A stretch of DNA of 40,549 bases from a virus (lineage: Duplodnaviria; Caudoviricetes), in IMG/VR virus record IMGVR_UViG_3300034130_000054, positions 1 to 40,549 of that record; one strand, given 5' to 3'. Below the pieces are notes generated by a model that saw nothing but the letters and a program-made list of their open reading frames with translations, searched no databases and was not told where the DNA came from. Of the stretch, positions 7,015-16,383 are shown piece by piece (position 1 is the stretch's first letter; every line of letters begins with the position of its first letter). Both the position numbers and the translations under genes were made by a program.

Positions 7015-8412
7015 ATGCCAATCGTTAACCTCTTCGACGTTATCGTCCCTAAAGGGCGCATTCGTCGGGAGTTCTCCGAGCAAGCGCAGGAAGAACTCAT
7101 CACCTCCATTCTCTCCAAGGGGCTTCTCCATCCCCCTGTTGTCACCTCGGACAATATCCTCCTTGCCGGTGAACGCCGCCTTCGAGCCCTCTCAGCGATC
7201 GCTGAAAGGGGCCTTGATCATGAGTGCAACCACAAGACCCTTCGCCCCGGCCTCATCATGGTCACGCTTATCCGTGATCTTTCCCCCGCGGATCGACTCG
7301 AAGCCGAACTTGAGGAAAACACTATCCGCCAAGACGTGTCTTGGCAGGAGAAAGCCCAAGCCGTCGAGGCCCTTCATCACCTTCGTTCCCTCCAGAAGGT
7401 CGAAACTACTGCCCCTGGCCTCGAGCCTCCGCCTCAAACTATCATCGAGACGGCAGCCGAACTCCACCGAAAGCCTCCCTCCGAAGTTTCCCCCGCCGAA
7501 AAGAGTGATACGCGCGCTGACCTTTTGGTCGCGGCTTGGCTGACTTCCTCCCCCGATGATCGAGAGGTTGCCAACGCTAAGACACGCTCGGAAGCTCTCA
7601 AGCTGATAGAAATCCGCCTGGAGGATGAGAAGCGCGTAGCTCTATCAAAGCGATTCCTCGCGAGCCGCCCAGCCGCCGGGAACATCCTCAAGCAGGGCGA
7701 TTGCATTAACCTCTTGGCCGAGACGCCGGCCAATCTCTATGACGTGATCATCGCTGATCCCCCTTGGGGGGTTGACGCTGATCAATGGACGAACGGGCTT
7801 GCTCAGCGAACACATAGCTATGCCGATGATCTTGCGCTCTCCGATCGCATCAACGAGGCGATCGCTGTTGAGGGCTTCCGGGTCTGCAAGCCCAAGGCGC
7901 ATCTCTATCTCTTCTGCGCTTTTCGCCGCTTCGAAGCCCTCGCGCATGTCCTCCGCTCAGTTGGGTGGGATGTGTGGCCACGTCCCTTGATTTGGTTCAA
8001 GGGAATTAGTACTGCCCCCGACTCTGAGCATGGCCCCGCCTATGCCTACGAGTGTATTATCTTCGCGAACAAAGGGCATAAACGTGTCCTTTCCGTCCGA
8101 CCTGATGTTATCGTTTGCTTTAAGGGCGCGCGCGACGAACGAGCAGCCGTCAAGCCACCTGGGGTTTACTTTGACCTCCTCCGCCGAAGTGTTCTGCCGG
8201 GCGATGAAGTTCTTGACCCTTGTTGTGGGGCAGGACCTATATTCCCCGCGGCCAACGCCCTCGAGGTGCGCGCGACAGGCTACGATATCGCTGACGACGC
8301 CATCGGACTCGCGAGCCAGCGTCTAACCGAGTCCTACGTCCACTTCGAGCCTGAAATCACAACCCGCAGCACACACTCGCGGGGAGGCGTTAGGGTTAAG
8401 AAGGGGGCGTGA
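7015..8412 (+). CDS. ParB-like N-terminal domain fused to a beta-class amino DNA methyltransferase
   Basis: SILSKGLLHPPVV...LLAGERRLRA...EENTIR (ParB). DPPW catalytic motif precedes KP...VLDPCCGAG (SAM binding). Confidence 0.85.
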   Translation: MPIVNLFDVIVPKGRIRREFSEQAQEELITSILSKGLLHPPVVTSDNILLAGERRLRALSAIAERGLDHECNHKTLRPGLIMVTLIRDLSPADRLEAELEENTIRQDVSWQEKAQAVEALHHLRSLQKVETTAPGLEPPPQTIIETAAELHRKPPSEVSPAEKSDTRADLLVAAWLTSSPDDREVANAKTRSEALKLIEIRLEDEKRVALSKRFLASRPAAGNILKQGDCINLLAETPANLYDVIIADPPWGVDADQWTNGLAQRTHSYADDLALSDRINEAIAVEGFRVCKPKAHLYLFCAFRRFEALAHVLRSVGWDVWPRPLIWFKGISTAPDSEHGPAYAYECIIFANKGHKRVLSVRPDVIVCFKGARDERAAVKPPGVYFDLLRRSVLPGDEVLDPCCGAGPIFPAANALEVRATGYDIADDAIGLASQRLTESYVHFEPEITTRSTHSRGGVRVKKGA

Positions 8413-8422
8413 ATGGAGGACG

Positions 8423-8459
8423 TGAATGGTGGAATGTCACCCGGTAAATAATAAACCAT
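8423..8459 (+). promoter_or_regulatory. Dispersed intergenic motif, copy 2
   Basis: TGAATGGTGGAATGTCACCCGGTAAATAATAAACCAT. Confidence 0.75.
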
Positions 8460-8676
8460 GCCCCAAGGTCATAATCAACGCAACCCCTCGATCTATTTCG
8501 AGTTCAGTGTCACCTGGCCCGAGCCCTTCAAGCGGGCTAGCGACCGGCAGGAAGCGCAAAGGAAAATCGAGTTAGCCTTTAGCGCGGCCTGTCGAGTTCT
8601 TAAACTTCCCCCTCCTACTCCCTACGCTCGCGCGGGGCTTAGGCACCGCAAGGATCCTTCGCATGAAATGGATTGA
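8458..8676 (+). CDS. Hypothetical protein
   Basis: 72 aa, between the methyltransferase and the polymerase. Confidence 0.55.
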   Translation: MPQGHNQRNPSIYFEFSVTWPEPFKRASDRQEAQRKIELAFSAACRVLKLPPPTPYARAGLRHRKDPSHEMD

Positions 8677-10321
8677 AAGTGGCAACCCTTCCAGTAGCCT
8701 TTGGATAGTGGGTGAGGCTCCCGGCCGCGATGAGATTGACGGAGGAGCGCCCTTTCTTGGGGCCTCCGGCCAGTTACTAACGCAACTCCTCGGCGAAGCC
8801 GGCTTCAATCGGCGCGATTTCTTCATCACCAATGTCTGCCACGAAAGGCCTCCCAACAATGATATATCCTCGTTCTTCGCTACCAAAACTGCGGCGAAAG
8901 CTGAGCATCTGCCAGATTATAATGGTCACTACCCTCGCGAGCCTGTTCAATCTGGTCTTGCTCATCTTAATAGCCTACTGTTGGAGCACCACCCTTCCTT
9001 CATCCTCGCTTTCGGCAACACTGCCCTTTGGGCTCTAACCGGCCTGTGGGGCATCCTCAAGTGGCGTGCCTCCATCCTTCTAACAACGGCCAATAGTGGC
9101 CGCGAGGGCATTAAGCTAATCCCCACGTTCCACCCTGCAGCCATTCTTCGCGACTGGCCCCTTAGGAATATTGTTCTTCAGGACCTCCGCCGAGCCCGGC
9201 GGGAGAGCCTCTTTCCTGAGATACACTACCCCGCTTGGCAATTTACTATTCGGCCGACTATTGATCAAGCTCTCAATGCCCTTTCAGCCCTTCAAGCACG
9301 CTTACTCGACGAGAATGAGGAGCCTGTTTGGCTCTCCTGTGACATTGAAACGCGCAAGCCCCAAATCTCTTGCGTGGGTATTGCTTGGGATAACCTTCAT
9401 GCTATTTGTATCCCTTTAATGGATAATAAATCCCCCGAGGGTTATTGGTCGGCGGAAGAAGAACGCCTTATTATCTGCGCGCTGCGAGATGTGCTTACCC
9501 ACCCTAAAGTTCGCCTGATCTTTCAGAATGGCGCTTATGATCTTCAATACTTTGCCAAGCAATACGGCTTCCTCCCTCGCATCGCCGACGATACAATGCT
9601 TATGCAACACGTCGCGTTTACTGGGATGCGAAAGGGCCTTGACTTTATCTCTAGCCTCTATTGTGAATACTATCGTTACTGGAAGGATGACGGCAAGGAG
9701 ATTGCCATCACTGGGGATGAGGATAAGCACTGGAGTTATAACTGTGAGGATTGCGTCCGAACGTTTGAGTGCTGGAAAGTGCTACAGCGCATCCTTAAGT
9801 CCTTCGGCCTGAAGGAGCAATATCGCTTCCAAATGGATGATGTTTTTCCAATTGTGCTCAGGATGATGCTCCGCGGCGTTCGTATTGACCAATGTCGAAA
9901 GGCTACTGTCCGCCACGAGCTTAACGACTTTATCCTAAGGGGGCAGGCATGGCTCCGTCAAGTTCTTGGTCATGACCTAAACGTTCGATCGACGCGCCAG
10001 ATGCAACTCCTCTTTTATGGCGACTTCCGCATCCCCCCAGTAATAAGCCGGAAAACCGGCAGCCCTACGCTCGACGACGAAGCCCTCGACAAGATCGTCC
10101 GGAAGCAGCCCTTTCTCCGCCCGCTTATCCAAATGATCCGAGACGTTCGCTCGGCTGGCGTTACCATAAGCAATGTGCTTGATGCTCGGATTTCAAGCGA
10201 TGGGCGCGCTCGCTGCACATATAACCTAGCGGGCACTGAAACCCTTCGCCTATCTTCCTCTGAAGATTCTTTCGGGGAGGGCTTTAACCTTCAGAACCTA
10301 ACAAAGGGGAACGAAGAATGA
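8663..10321 (+). CDS. polA: DNA polymerase A, N-terminal part: family-4-like uracil-DNA glycosylase, 3'-5' exonuclease and thumb
   Basis: VGEAPG, PFLGASG, ITNV, FHPAAILR (UDG). CDIET, QNGAYD, YNCED (Exo I-III). TETLRLSSS, NLQN. Confidence 0.9.
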   Translation: MKWIESGNPSSSLWIVGEAPGRDEIDGGAPFLGASGQLLTQLLGEAGFNRRDFFITNVCHERPPNNDISSFFATKTAAKAEHLPDYNGHYPREPVQSGLAHLNSLLLEHHPSFILAFGNTALWALTGLWGILKWRASILLTTANSGREGIKLIPTFHPAAILRDWPLRNIVLQDLRRARRESLFPEIHYPAWQFTIRPTIDQALNALSALQARLLDENEEPVWLSCDIETRKPQISCVGIAWDNLHAICIPLMDNKSPEGYWSAEEERLIICALRDVLTHPKVRLIFQNGAYDLQYFAKQYGFLPRIADDTMLMQHVAFTGMRKGLDFISSLYCEYYRYWKDDGKEIAITGDEDKHWSYNCEDCVRTFECWKVLQRILKSFGLKEQYRFQMDDVFPIVLRMMLRGVRIDQCRKATVRHELNDFILRGQAWLRQVLGHDLNVRSTRQMQLLFYGDFRIPPVISRKTGSPTLDDEALDKIVRKQPFLRPLIQMIRDVRSAGVTISNVLDARISSDGRARCTYNLAGTETLRLSSSEDSFGEGFNLQNLTKGNEE

Positions 10322-11097
10322 AAAAGCTCGCGATGCCTAACGTCCGAAAGATGATAGTGCCCGACCCCGGCTTTATCCTGGTTGATGCTGATCTAAAGGG
10401 CGCGGATGCTCGTGTGGTTGCTTGGGAGGCTGACGATGAACCCCTCAAGGCTGCCTTTCGGAAAGATGTTGATATCCACGCCTTCAATGCCGAGACACTC
10501 TGGCCGACAGGCCATGCCCTCCGAGATTATAAGTTAAAAACCCCCGAGGGGCACTATGTCTTCCCTGAGCTTGACCCCAAGCGCCACAAGGCCAAGACCG
10601 CAATCCACGCGGTGGATTATGGCTGTAAAGAGCGCACACTCGCATCTCACCTCAATTGCACCACAGGCGAGGCAGCCATCTTCATAACTCACTGGTTTAA
10701 TCACCACCCAGGCATTCTCGCGTGGCAACAGCTAGTTGCCCGAAGGCTCTACCAAAGCCAAAGTATCACCAACGTTTGGGGCTATCGCCGTCCTTATTTC
10801 GACCGGGCTGAGAGTCTCCTCCCCAAAGCACTTGCTTGGATAGGCCAATCAACTACCGCGATCGCGATCAATAAGCTTATCGCCAACCTCGTCAAGTGCG
10901 TTCCAGAGGTCGAGGTCCTCCTCCAAACCCACGATAGTGTAACCTTTCAGGTTGGGCAAGATCGCTTTAGTGCGCTTTGGCCCGCGATAAAGGCGGCCTG
11001 TACAGTCACTGCTCCCTACGAAGATCCACTGGTGATGCCTGTTGAGTTCGCCATGAGCGATAAAAGTTGGGGCGATGTTAAGGAGATCAAGGAATGA
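10318..11097 (+). CDS. polA: DNA polymerase A, C-terminal palm and fingers
   Basis: Motif A DADLKGADAR, motif B RHKAKTAIHAVDYG, motif C QTHDS. Confidence 0.9.
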   Translation: MKKLAMPNVRKMIVPDPGFILVDADLKGADARVVAWEADDEPLKAAFRKDVDIHAFNAETLWPTGHALRDYKLKTPEGHYVFPELDPKRHKAKTAIHAVDYGCKERTLASHLNCTTGEAAIFITHWFNHHPGILAWQQLVARRLYQSQSITNVWGYRRPYFDRAESLLPKALAWIGQSTTAIAINKLIANLVKCVPEVEVLLQTHDSVTFQVGQDRFSALWPAIKAACTVTAPYEDPLVMPVEFAMSDKSWGDVKEIKE

Positions 11098-11325
11098 CCA
11101 AACTTTTTCAGGCAGTTAGACGATTTATCCTAGAGGGTAATCCTCCCTATAAGGAGATAACCCAGCTTTTTTCCCAAGAGGAAGGAAGTGCTATTCTAGA
11201 GGAGCTTGCCCCTAGAGCAAATCTTGATAAAGTAGGTATGTTTTATCTCCTAATATTTCAAGCCAAGGAGCTAATAGCCCTTAGGAAGCGAATAGCTGCT
11301 CTCGAGGAGATCAAGGAATGACCAA
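11081..11325. repeat. 21-bp direct repeat flanking a small gene
   Basis: AGGAGATCAAGGAATGACCAA at 11081-11101 and 11305-11325. Confidence 0.9.
11094..11321 (+). CDS. Hypothetical protein (AT-rich, moron-like)
   Basis: 75 aa, ATGA-coupled, bounded by the 21-bp repeat. Confidence 0.65.
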   Translation: MTKLFQAVRRFILEGNPPYKEITQLFSQEEGSAILEELAPRANLDKVGMFYLLIFQAKELIALRKRIAALEEIKE

Positions 11326-11381
11326 GCGCGAATTGGCCGATATCGCGGGCGAGATTTAACCCCTTGGGAGGTCATCACATT

Positions 11382-12638
11382 GTGCCAAACCGTCGCACTT
11401 TCCCTAACTGGATTACGGCCTATCTCGAGTTCACGGAGCACACGGAGGCCCCGGAGGAATTCAACTACTGGACAGCCGTCTTCACAATTGCCGGCGCACT
11501 CCGCCGGCGGGTCTGCATGGAGATGGGCAACTTTCGGTGGTTTCCCAATTTCTTCCTTTGCTTTGTCGCGCCCGCCGGTATTGCCACGAAGTCCACAGCC
11601 GCCGCCGTTGGAACTTCCCTTCTTCGGCAGGTTCCTGGCATTCAATTTGGCCCAGATGCCATAACTTGGCAAGCCCTCATAACCAGCCTTTCCGAAAGCC
11701 GAGAGGACTATGCCTCATCCGACGGCACCTTTATCCCAATGTGTGCCGTGACATTTGTTGCCTCCGAGCTAGGGACACTATTCCAGCCTGGCGACCAAAG
11801 TATCATCACCGCCTTGACTGATCTATGGGATGGACGAGATAATCCCTTCGGTAAACGCACTAACAAGGATGGCCTAATCTCCGTTGTCAATCCTTGGGTT
11901 AACCTTCTAGGCTGTACCACCCCCTCGTGGATTGCGGAAAACTGGAGTAGCTACTTTATCGGCGGTGGTTTTTCCTCCCGAACCCTTTTCATCTACACTG
12001 ACCATAAGCGCCAGCTCGTCCCCTACCCAATCGACGAGATGCCCGCGAACCATAAGGAAATGGAAGCCCTTCTCGTTAAGGATCTTGAGCTAATCGCGAC
12101 CCTCGAGGGCCCCTTTAGAATGACCCCCGAGGCGCGGGCTTGGGGCCGTCTGTGGTATCGGCAGCACTTTCTCGAGGACAATCCCCTTCGGCTCGACCCG
12201 CGGTTTGGCCCCTACTTTAGTCGAAAGCAAAGCCACATCCACAAGACGGCAATGGTGCTATCTGCCGCGCGCGGCGCATCCCTCGAGATTACTTTGACCG
12301 ACCTCCAACAAGCCGTTACGGCCGTCACGGCCCTCGAGCCAAACATGCTAACGGTCTTTGGGGAAATGAACCGAGAAAAGATTGCGGAGCAGATGGCTGA
12401 AGTCCTCGGAATCCTTCGAGACGCCAAGCGTGTGCCAAAAGAGCACCTCTACGCCCTCTTCATGGCGAAGATGGGTTACGAAACATTTGACAAGTGCTTG
12501 ACGGGGTTGCTACAAGGAGGAATGGCCCTCTTATCCCAAGAGGGCCAAACTCTATTCGTTCGTTATTGCGCGGACGATGTAGTAAAGCGAGTTACTGCTG
12601 CTGCTGCCCAAGTGCCATCGGGGCTGCCTGCCCGATAG
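11382..12638 (+). CDS. DUF3987/YfjI-like P-loop protein, putative replicative helicase
   Basis: TEAPEEF...VAPAGIATKSTA...ASELGT...LTDLWDG...GGGFSSR. GTG 11382 follows GGGAGG. Confidence 0.75.
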   Translation: MPNRRTFPNWITAYLEFTEHTEAPEEFNYWTAVFTIAGALRRRVCMEMGNFRWFPNFFLCFVAPAGIATKSTAAAVGTSLLRQVPGIQFGPDAITWQALITSLSESREDYASSDGTFIPMCAVTFVASELGTLFQPGDQSIITALTDLWDGRDNPFGKRTNKDGLISVVNPWVNLLGCTTPSWIAENWSSYFIGGGFSSRTLFIYTDHKRQLVPYPIDEMPANHKEMEALLVKDLELIATLEGPFRMTPEARAWGRLWYRQHFLEDNPLRLDPRFGPYFSRKQSHIHKTAMVLSAARGASLEITLTDLQQAVTAVTALEPNMLTVFGEMNREKIAEQMAEVLGILRDAKRVPKEHLYALFMAKMGYETFDKCLTGLLQGGMALLSQEGQTLFVRYCADDVVKRVTAAAAQVPSGLPAR

Positions 12639-14658
12639 CCGAGCCGCCAATAGCAGGAGCAAACCGCTTGGCGATTGTCTGAGTGATCCTTGCCATTTGG
12701 GGCGATCCTGGCTTGACTCGGCTTGCAGCTATAATCATCCTCCGCCCAAAGGTGTCGGATAGTACTGAGTCAATCACATGAAAAATCGGCTGCGTAGCAA
12801 AGGCTGCACTGCCAGCGATAGCTGCACCACTAAAGTTGTTGTGGGCTAACCGATCTATCATAGTGAATATCCCATAACCTTGGGGCAAAGCTCCTCTTAT
12901 CCTGGGAGGAGGCGGTCGTGACTCTACTCCGTCAGCCAGCAGGTTTTTAATGCCCCCAACAATACCGTTCATCTCGTCATTCTTCCAAGGCTCAAGCCCT
13001 GGCTTTTTTTCAAAGAATTGCGTAAACTTCACAGGGTCGATCACCCTATCTTTTCCCCTAGCTGCATCGAGGGCCTTCTTAATGATTCCTTGGCGGATGG
13101 CATCTCGCCCCTTTTTACCAACAAGACCTGCTACCGTCTCCGACGCATGAAGGTCATCGCCCAGCGCCACGTCGAGGGCAGTATTCGCGCGGACGAGCGG
13201 ATCCCTCTCTGTGAGGATTTGCTGAATTTGAGAATTATTAAAGCGGGCGAGATACTTATCATAGAACGAGGTCGCTCTCCTCTCTATCCCTTTAATTCCT
13301 GGAGTAGTGTGTTCATCGAGTGCACTCGCTAAAGTTCTTTGAGCATCCCTTACAGCCGTGATGGCGGCGTTCTCCACCGGTGCATTCGCAGGCGGCGGTT
13401 TTACCTTCGCGAGGTAAGCATCCATCTGGGTGACAGCCTGCCGAACTTGAGAATAGTAAACAGGTGGCGGTGGCGTTGTATTGGTCCTAAGTACCCTCTG
13501 TGTAATACGCGGCGGGAGAATCGTTCCATCATTCGCTATATACACCTCCCCCGCCGCCGAACGGTTATAAACTTTTCCTGCGAGTGTTATTGAAGCCGGT
13601 CGGGTGTCGGGCGCCAAGAGCTTCGCTGCATCCTGAAGGATCGCCTTCGCGCCCTCATCCGGTCGAACCATCCCCTTAGTCGAGTCGGCCAATTCCCGAA
13701 GTGTGGGCGCGATCGTAGTCATTGGTATTGGCCCAAGAGCATTTCCCTTGGTATTGGCTTCCGACCCATAGGCGTCAAATTTGTTTTGAAGCGATGCGAC
13801 TTGCTCATTAAGTGTGCCCTTCGCCTGCGCCAGTGCTGGGTCAGCTTCACCATACCGCCTGAGCGTAGCCGCAACCTGCCGCTGGATTTCATCCTCGTTT
13901 AGCCCTCCCACGAAGTGGCTACCAGCAGCCCCAGTGAGTGCTCCGAAGGCGCCCCCTCCGGATGCGCCAATCGCCCTTCCAACCCATCGACTATGCGCAT
14001 CTTTCTCCGGCTGCCAGCTTAGTCCTCCAGCTAATATACCTCGAATGATAGACGATACAACGCTCGCCTCGCCGCCACCAACAGCCCAAGGAAGGGCCTG
14101 CCCAACAAACTGCCCAGCATGGCCTGCCCAGCTATTTGCCGCTATGTTAGGAGGAGCCATACCTGCATCTTCGTAGATTTTTCGCTCCTCTGGTGAAGAT
14201 GGATCGCCTGTTAGCTTACTGACGAATGATGTAAGGCGATCACCCATCTTTGGGTCATAAATATCAAGGCCCGTTTGAGCAATGGCGGCGCCTGCCTTCC
14301 CAAGACCAACTTGTGCGCCTATGGCAAAATCATCCGGTGCATTCCATATTTTCCGCCCAAGGGAGCGTTGATCCCCCTCAGGCATTGACCTAACAACTTG
14401 TCCTGTTGGTCCTGTTGGAGAGCGTGCCATCAAGACGTTTGCAGGCTGGCTCTTCATATCAGCAGGGCCGCGATCTTTTAGAAAACCTTGAACCACTTCA
14501 AGAGGTGTAGCATTCTTCGGCCCTTTAGCTCTTATAGTATCGCCTAGAGGTGTTGTAATAACAAAAGAGCCATTCTCGTCGCCGGACGCGGGAGTGACCC
14601 GTTTCACTTGGAACTTTCGCCCGTCTGGTGCATTTACAGTGGCGGTGTCGTCGGCCAT
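12592..14658 (-). CDS. Internal virion / DNA ejection protein (putative)
   Basis: 688 aa, Ala/Gly-rich helical, last gene of the late operon. Confidence 0.6.
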   Translation of the reverse strand: MADDTATVNAPDGRKFQVKRVTPASGDENGSFVITTPLGDTIRAKGPKNATPLEVVQGFLKDRGPADMKSQPANVLMARSPTGPTGQVVRSMPEGDQRSLGRKIWNAPDDFAIGAQVGLGKAGAAIAQTGLDIYDPKMGDRLTSFVSKLTGDPSSPEERKIYEDAGMAPPNIAANSWAGHAGQFVGQALPWAVGGGEASVVSSIIRGILAGGLSWQPEKDAHSRWVGRAIGASGGGAFGALTGAAGSHFVGGLNEDEIQRQVAATLRRYGEADPALAQAKGTLNEQVASLQNKFDAYGSEANTKGNALGPIPMTTIAPTLRELADSTKGMVRPDEGAKAILQDAAKLLAPDTRPASITLAGKVYNRSAAGEVYIANDGTILPPRITQRVLRTNTTPPPPVYYSQVRQAVTQMDAYLAKVKPPPANAPVENAAITAVRDAQRTLASALDEHTTPGIKGIERRATSFYDKYLARFNNSQIQQILTERDPLVRANTALDVALGDDLHASETVAGLVGKKGRDAIRQGIIKKALDAARGKDRVIDPVKFTQFFEKKPGLEPWKNDEMNGIVGGIKNLLADGVESRPPPPRIRGALPQGYGIFTMIDRLAHNNFSGAAIAGSAAFATQPIFHVIDSVLSDTFGRRMIIAASRVKPGSPQMARITQTIAKRFAPAIGGSAIGQAAPMALGQQQQ

Positions 14659-16376
14659 TATTGACCTTCCTTAAAGGGTGTAAAGGTCCACCCACTATCT
14701 TCTTGGGCTGGTGGGCCCCCACGGGGCACATCAGGACTAGAGGAATATACCCCCCCGTTACCAGGGGCACCTGGCTCTTGAGCCGAGGGGGAAAGGGTCT
14801 CAGGATCAATTGGGGGAGGCATATTAAGGGCGTCAAACGAGGCCAGGTAGGTGTCCCGTAGTTTCTTTGGGGTTGTACCAACTAGCCCTCTTTCCTTATA
14901 GATCGACATAAGATCAGGCGGCACGGCAATTCCTGAAGCAAGAGCAGTATTAACCGTACTCGAGATAATCAAATCAGCCGTCAATTCCGTCGCTTTCATC
15001 TTCTGATCACGGACTTCCTTAGCTTCTGTAGGGCTAGGCGCAGCTAGCTTAATCGCATTGAGGAAAGTTTGCGCGCGCTGCGAAGGAAGCATTAAGGAAA
15101 TGCCCATAATGTGATAGTCGTAAACTGCTTTGTAAGCTTCAAAAAGACTTCTTGCTCGATCAGCTCCGATAGGGGTAAAACTATGGTCAATAAGTGCCCT
15201 ATTAAGTTTCCTAACAAAGACCGTGCCCCCAAGAGGATCGTCCCCCTTGGCGCCGCCATCGGGTATGGCGTCGGAAATAGCCTTCATAGTTTGATTGGTA
15301 TCTTGGAATACCGACGCGCCTGTCGCGCTTCGCAGTAATTGGTCCGTAGTTTTTCCGGGTTTATACTCTAGCGATCCTGGTACCCACTGCTCTTCCCCAT
15401 TTACGAGGCCCTTTTTCCCGATAACACCAGGGGCGTATTGAGCATCTATCAAGTTCGTCGGGGTACCCATTTCTCTCCTTAACCTAAGGGCCTCTGCTAT
15501 ATCCTTCGGCGTTGCCCCACCTGCCCCGCCAAGTGCTCGCATCACAATTTCTTGCTTTTGAGCTGCCGTTAGCTTAACCGGAGGGATAGCCTTGATTGGG
15601 TCACCGCCGTGAGAAAGCAGGTCTATAATGGAGAGAATATTTTTCGGACTGTCGCCTGTATCGCCTGGCGGGCTGTTCTCGGTCCCTGTGGTTGGCGCGG
15701 CAACTGATGTCCCGATTTTCTGGACGACCCCGCCGTTGCCGGTGCTGCCGGGAGTATAGCTCTGCGGTGTCGCAGGGGATTGCCCTTGTCCCGCGGCAGG
15801 CGCTTGTGCTTGGCCATTGTTGAGGTCCCCCATTAGGTTAGTCATAGCTCTATTAGTGATGTCTCCCTGCGTTTGCTCCTGCTTAAGTTGTTGCATTGTC
15901 CGCGCGGTGTCCGCTCGTTTCGCCGCGGCGCCAGCATAGTCTCCCACCGCCGCCGCGTGGCGTTCTTCTACTTCAGATTGTTCCACTCTGTCGTGAAGAG
16001 CTTGTTCGTGACCGGCATTATTGAGCTTAAATTGGTTGAGTTGATCAATTGTTTGCATGTTTTTTATTTCTCTCTGGGCTTTAGCCGTCTCCGCCGTAGC
16101 TCTTTGGCTTTCCGCCGCATTAGTCTGCATCTTCATATAGAGATCGACAAACTTCTCCCCTTGTGGGCCAAATTGGCCCATCTTGTTCAGCATGAAAGGG
16201 GCTTGCTGATCTGGCGGCATTCCTTGAGCTTGCTGAAGGGCCTGCTGAAGAGCTTGCCCCATTTGTTTCTGCTGGTCTTGCTGGTATTGCGCTGTTAGGC
16301 CCTGTCCAAGGGCACCGCCGAGGGCTTGAGCAATTCCATTGAGGCCAGTATTATTGCGATCGACATAGATAACCAT
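14658..16376 (-). CDS. Internal virion / DNA ejection protein (putative)
   Basis: 572 aa, Gln-rich coiled N-terminus (ALGGALGQG). Position typical of podoviruses. Confidence 0.6.
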   Translation of the reverse strand: MVIYVDRNNTGLNGIAQALGGALGQGLTAQYQQDQQKQMGQALQQALQQAQGMPPDQQAPFMLNKMGQFGPQGEKFVDLYMKMQTNAAESQRATAETAKAQREIKNMQTIDQLNQFKLNNAGHEQALHDRVEQSEVEERHAAAVGDYAGAAAKRADTARTMQQLKQEQTQGDITNRAMTNLMGDLNNGQAQAPAAGQGQSPATPQSYTPGSTGNGGVVQKIGTSVAAPTTGTENSPPGDTGDSPKNILSIIDLLSHGGDPIKAIPPVKLTAAQKQEIVMRALGGAGGATPKDIAEALRLRREMGTPTNLIDAQYAPGVIGKKGLVNGEEQWVPGSLEYKPGKTTDQLLRSATGASVFQDTNQTMKAISDAIPDGGAKGDDPLGGTVFVRKLNRALIDHSFTPIGADRARSLFEAYKAVYDYHIMGISLMLPSQRAQTFLNAIKLAAPSPTEAKEVRDQKMKATELTADLIISSTVNTALASGIAVPPDLMSIYKERGLVGTTPKKLRDTYLASFDALNMPPPIDPETLSPSAQEPGAPGNGGVYSSSPDVPRGGPPAQEDSGWTFTPFKEGQ

Positions 16377-16383
16377 GATTGAT

